Positions 32,664 through 33,482 of a DNA stretch of 33,482 nt are shown here, in pieces (position 1 is the first letter of the stretch; the number at the start of each line of letters is the position of its first letter). Both the position numbers and the translations under genes were made by a program. The stretch covers positions 99,582,880-99,616,361 of the forward strand of contig NC_068986.1 in assembly GCF_001194135.2 (NCBI RefSeq), in the 5' to 3' direction. The notes beneath the pieces are model-generated. The model did not search any database. It was not told the origin of the DNA and worked only from the letters and a program-made list of their open reading frames with translations. The stretch comes from Octopus bimaculoides (lineage: Eukaryota).

Positions 32664-33074
32664 TATGTTTAAGTTTGTATGTGTGTGTGCTTGTGTGCTT
32701 TTTGGTGGTGTGTGTATTATGTTTGTGGACGCAGCTATAGTTGTTGCTTAACTCCAGGTCAGTCTTGCTCAAGCAGACCTATGATCAAAAGTATTCTCGC
32801 TGTGTCCAGCCATGACTGACTGGCGTTATTTCTGCTAGCTCATATCATATCATTTATTTTTGTAATTAAGCAAATTATACAAAAAGAAAAGAAAAAAAAA
32901 TCTTTGAATTTTTGTAGCCTTTTAACTATGTGCAAATAGCTATTATAAAAACGATTTAAACAATTTCAGTAGTCAATATTATGCTGATGCGTTACAAATA
33001 AGACGGAAACATGTCTACTGTTTTCGCTTTGCCTGCAAATAAATATCAGATTTACTTGCCAAGCCTTATGCAAT

Positions 33075-33292
33075 AGTCCCTTCCATTATAGGCACGAGGC
33101 CTGATGTTGGGGTGGGGGATAGGAGTCAATCGATTATACTGACCTCAGTTTCCAACTGGTACTTACTTTATCGACCCCGACAGAACGAAAGGTAAAATCG
33201 ACCTCGGCGGAATTTGAACTCAGAACGTGAAGACGGACGAAATGTTTCAAATCATCTTGTCCGGCTTGCTAACCATCTGCCAACTGGATCCC
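33075..33292 (-). mobile_element. Family A SINE
   Basis: ACTGGTACTTACTTTATCGACCCCG...GACCTCGGCGGAATTTGAACTCAGAACG. Confidence 0.85.
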
Positions 33293-33310
33293 TTAAAACT
33301 CTATGTAAGA

Positions 33311-33482
33311 ATCCTTTCTACTAAAGGCACAAGGCCTGAAATTTGGTAGGAGGGAGACTAGTCGATTACATCGACCCCAGTGTTTCACTGGTATTTAATA
33401 CATCGACGTCGAAAAGATGAAAGGCACAGTCAACCGCGGTGGAATATGAACTCACAATGTAGCGATGGGCGAAATATTGCTT
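33311..33482 (-). mobile_element. Family A SINE, runs off window end
   Basis: AATCCTTTCTACTAAAGGCACAAGGCCTGAAATT...GTCGATTACATCGACCCCAGTG...GAAAGGC...GAACTCACAATGTAGCG. Confidence 0.85.

Overview
This is eukaryotic, AT-rich, microsatellite-dense non-coding DNA with many N gaps. The SINE families suggest an octopus/cephalopod genome (inference from recalled family sequences, no search run). I find no supportable host protein-coding gene; almost all ORF-track entries are microsatellite or N-gap artefacts. The window is a patchwork of retroposons and DNA transposons: at least four tRNA-derived SINE families, relics of CR1/L2, R4/Dong and RTE LINEs, a near full-length DD34D mariner (19275-20486), a second mariner fragment and three TA-flanked Tc1/mariner MITEs. 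The best candidate for an undescribed system is a tRNA-headed SINE (3738-4076, minus) whose 3' part folds into a minimal type I hammerhead ribozyme (3803-3850) of the kind associated with Penelope-like elements. Also notable are a SINE inserted into the head of a sibling SINE with an exact 18-bp duplication (matching a dimer elsewhere with the same junction), a fold-back MITE built from a mariner 3' end, and a MITE whose interior has expanded into an 85-bp tandem array.
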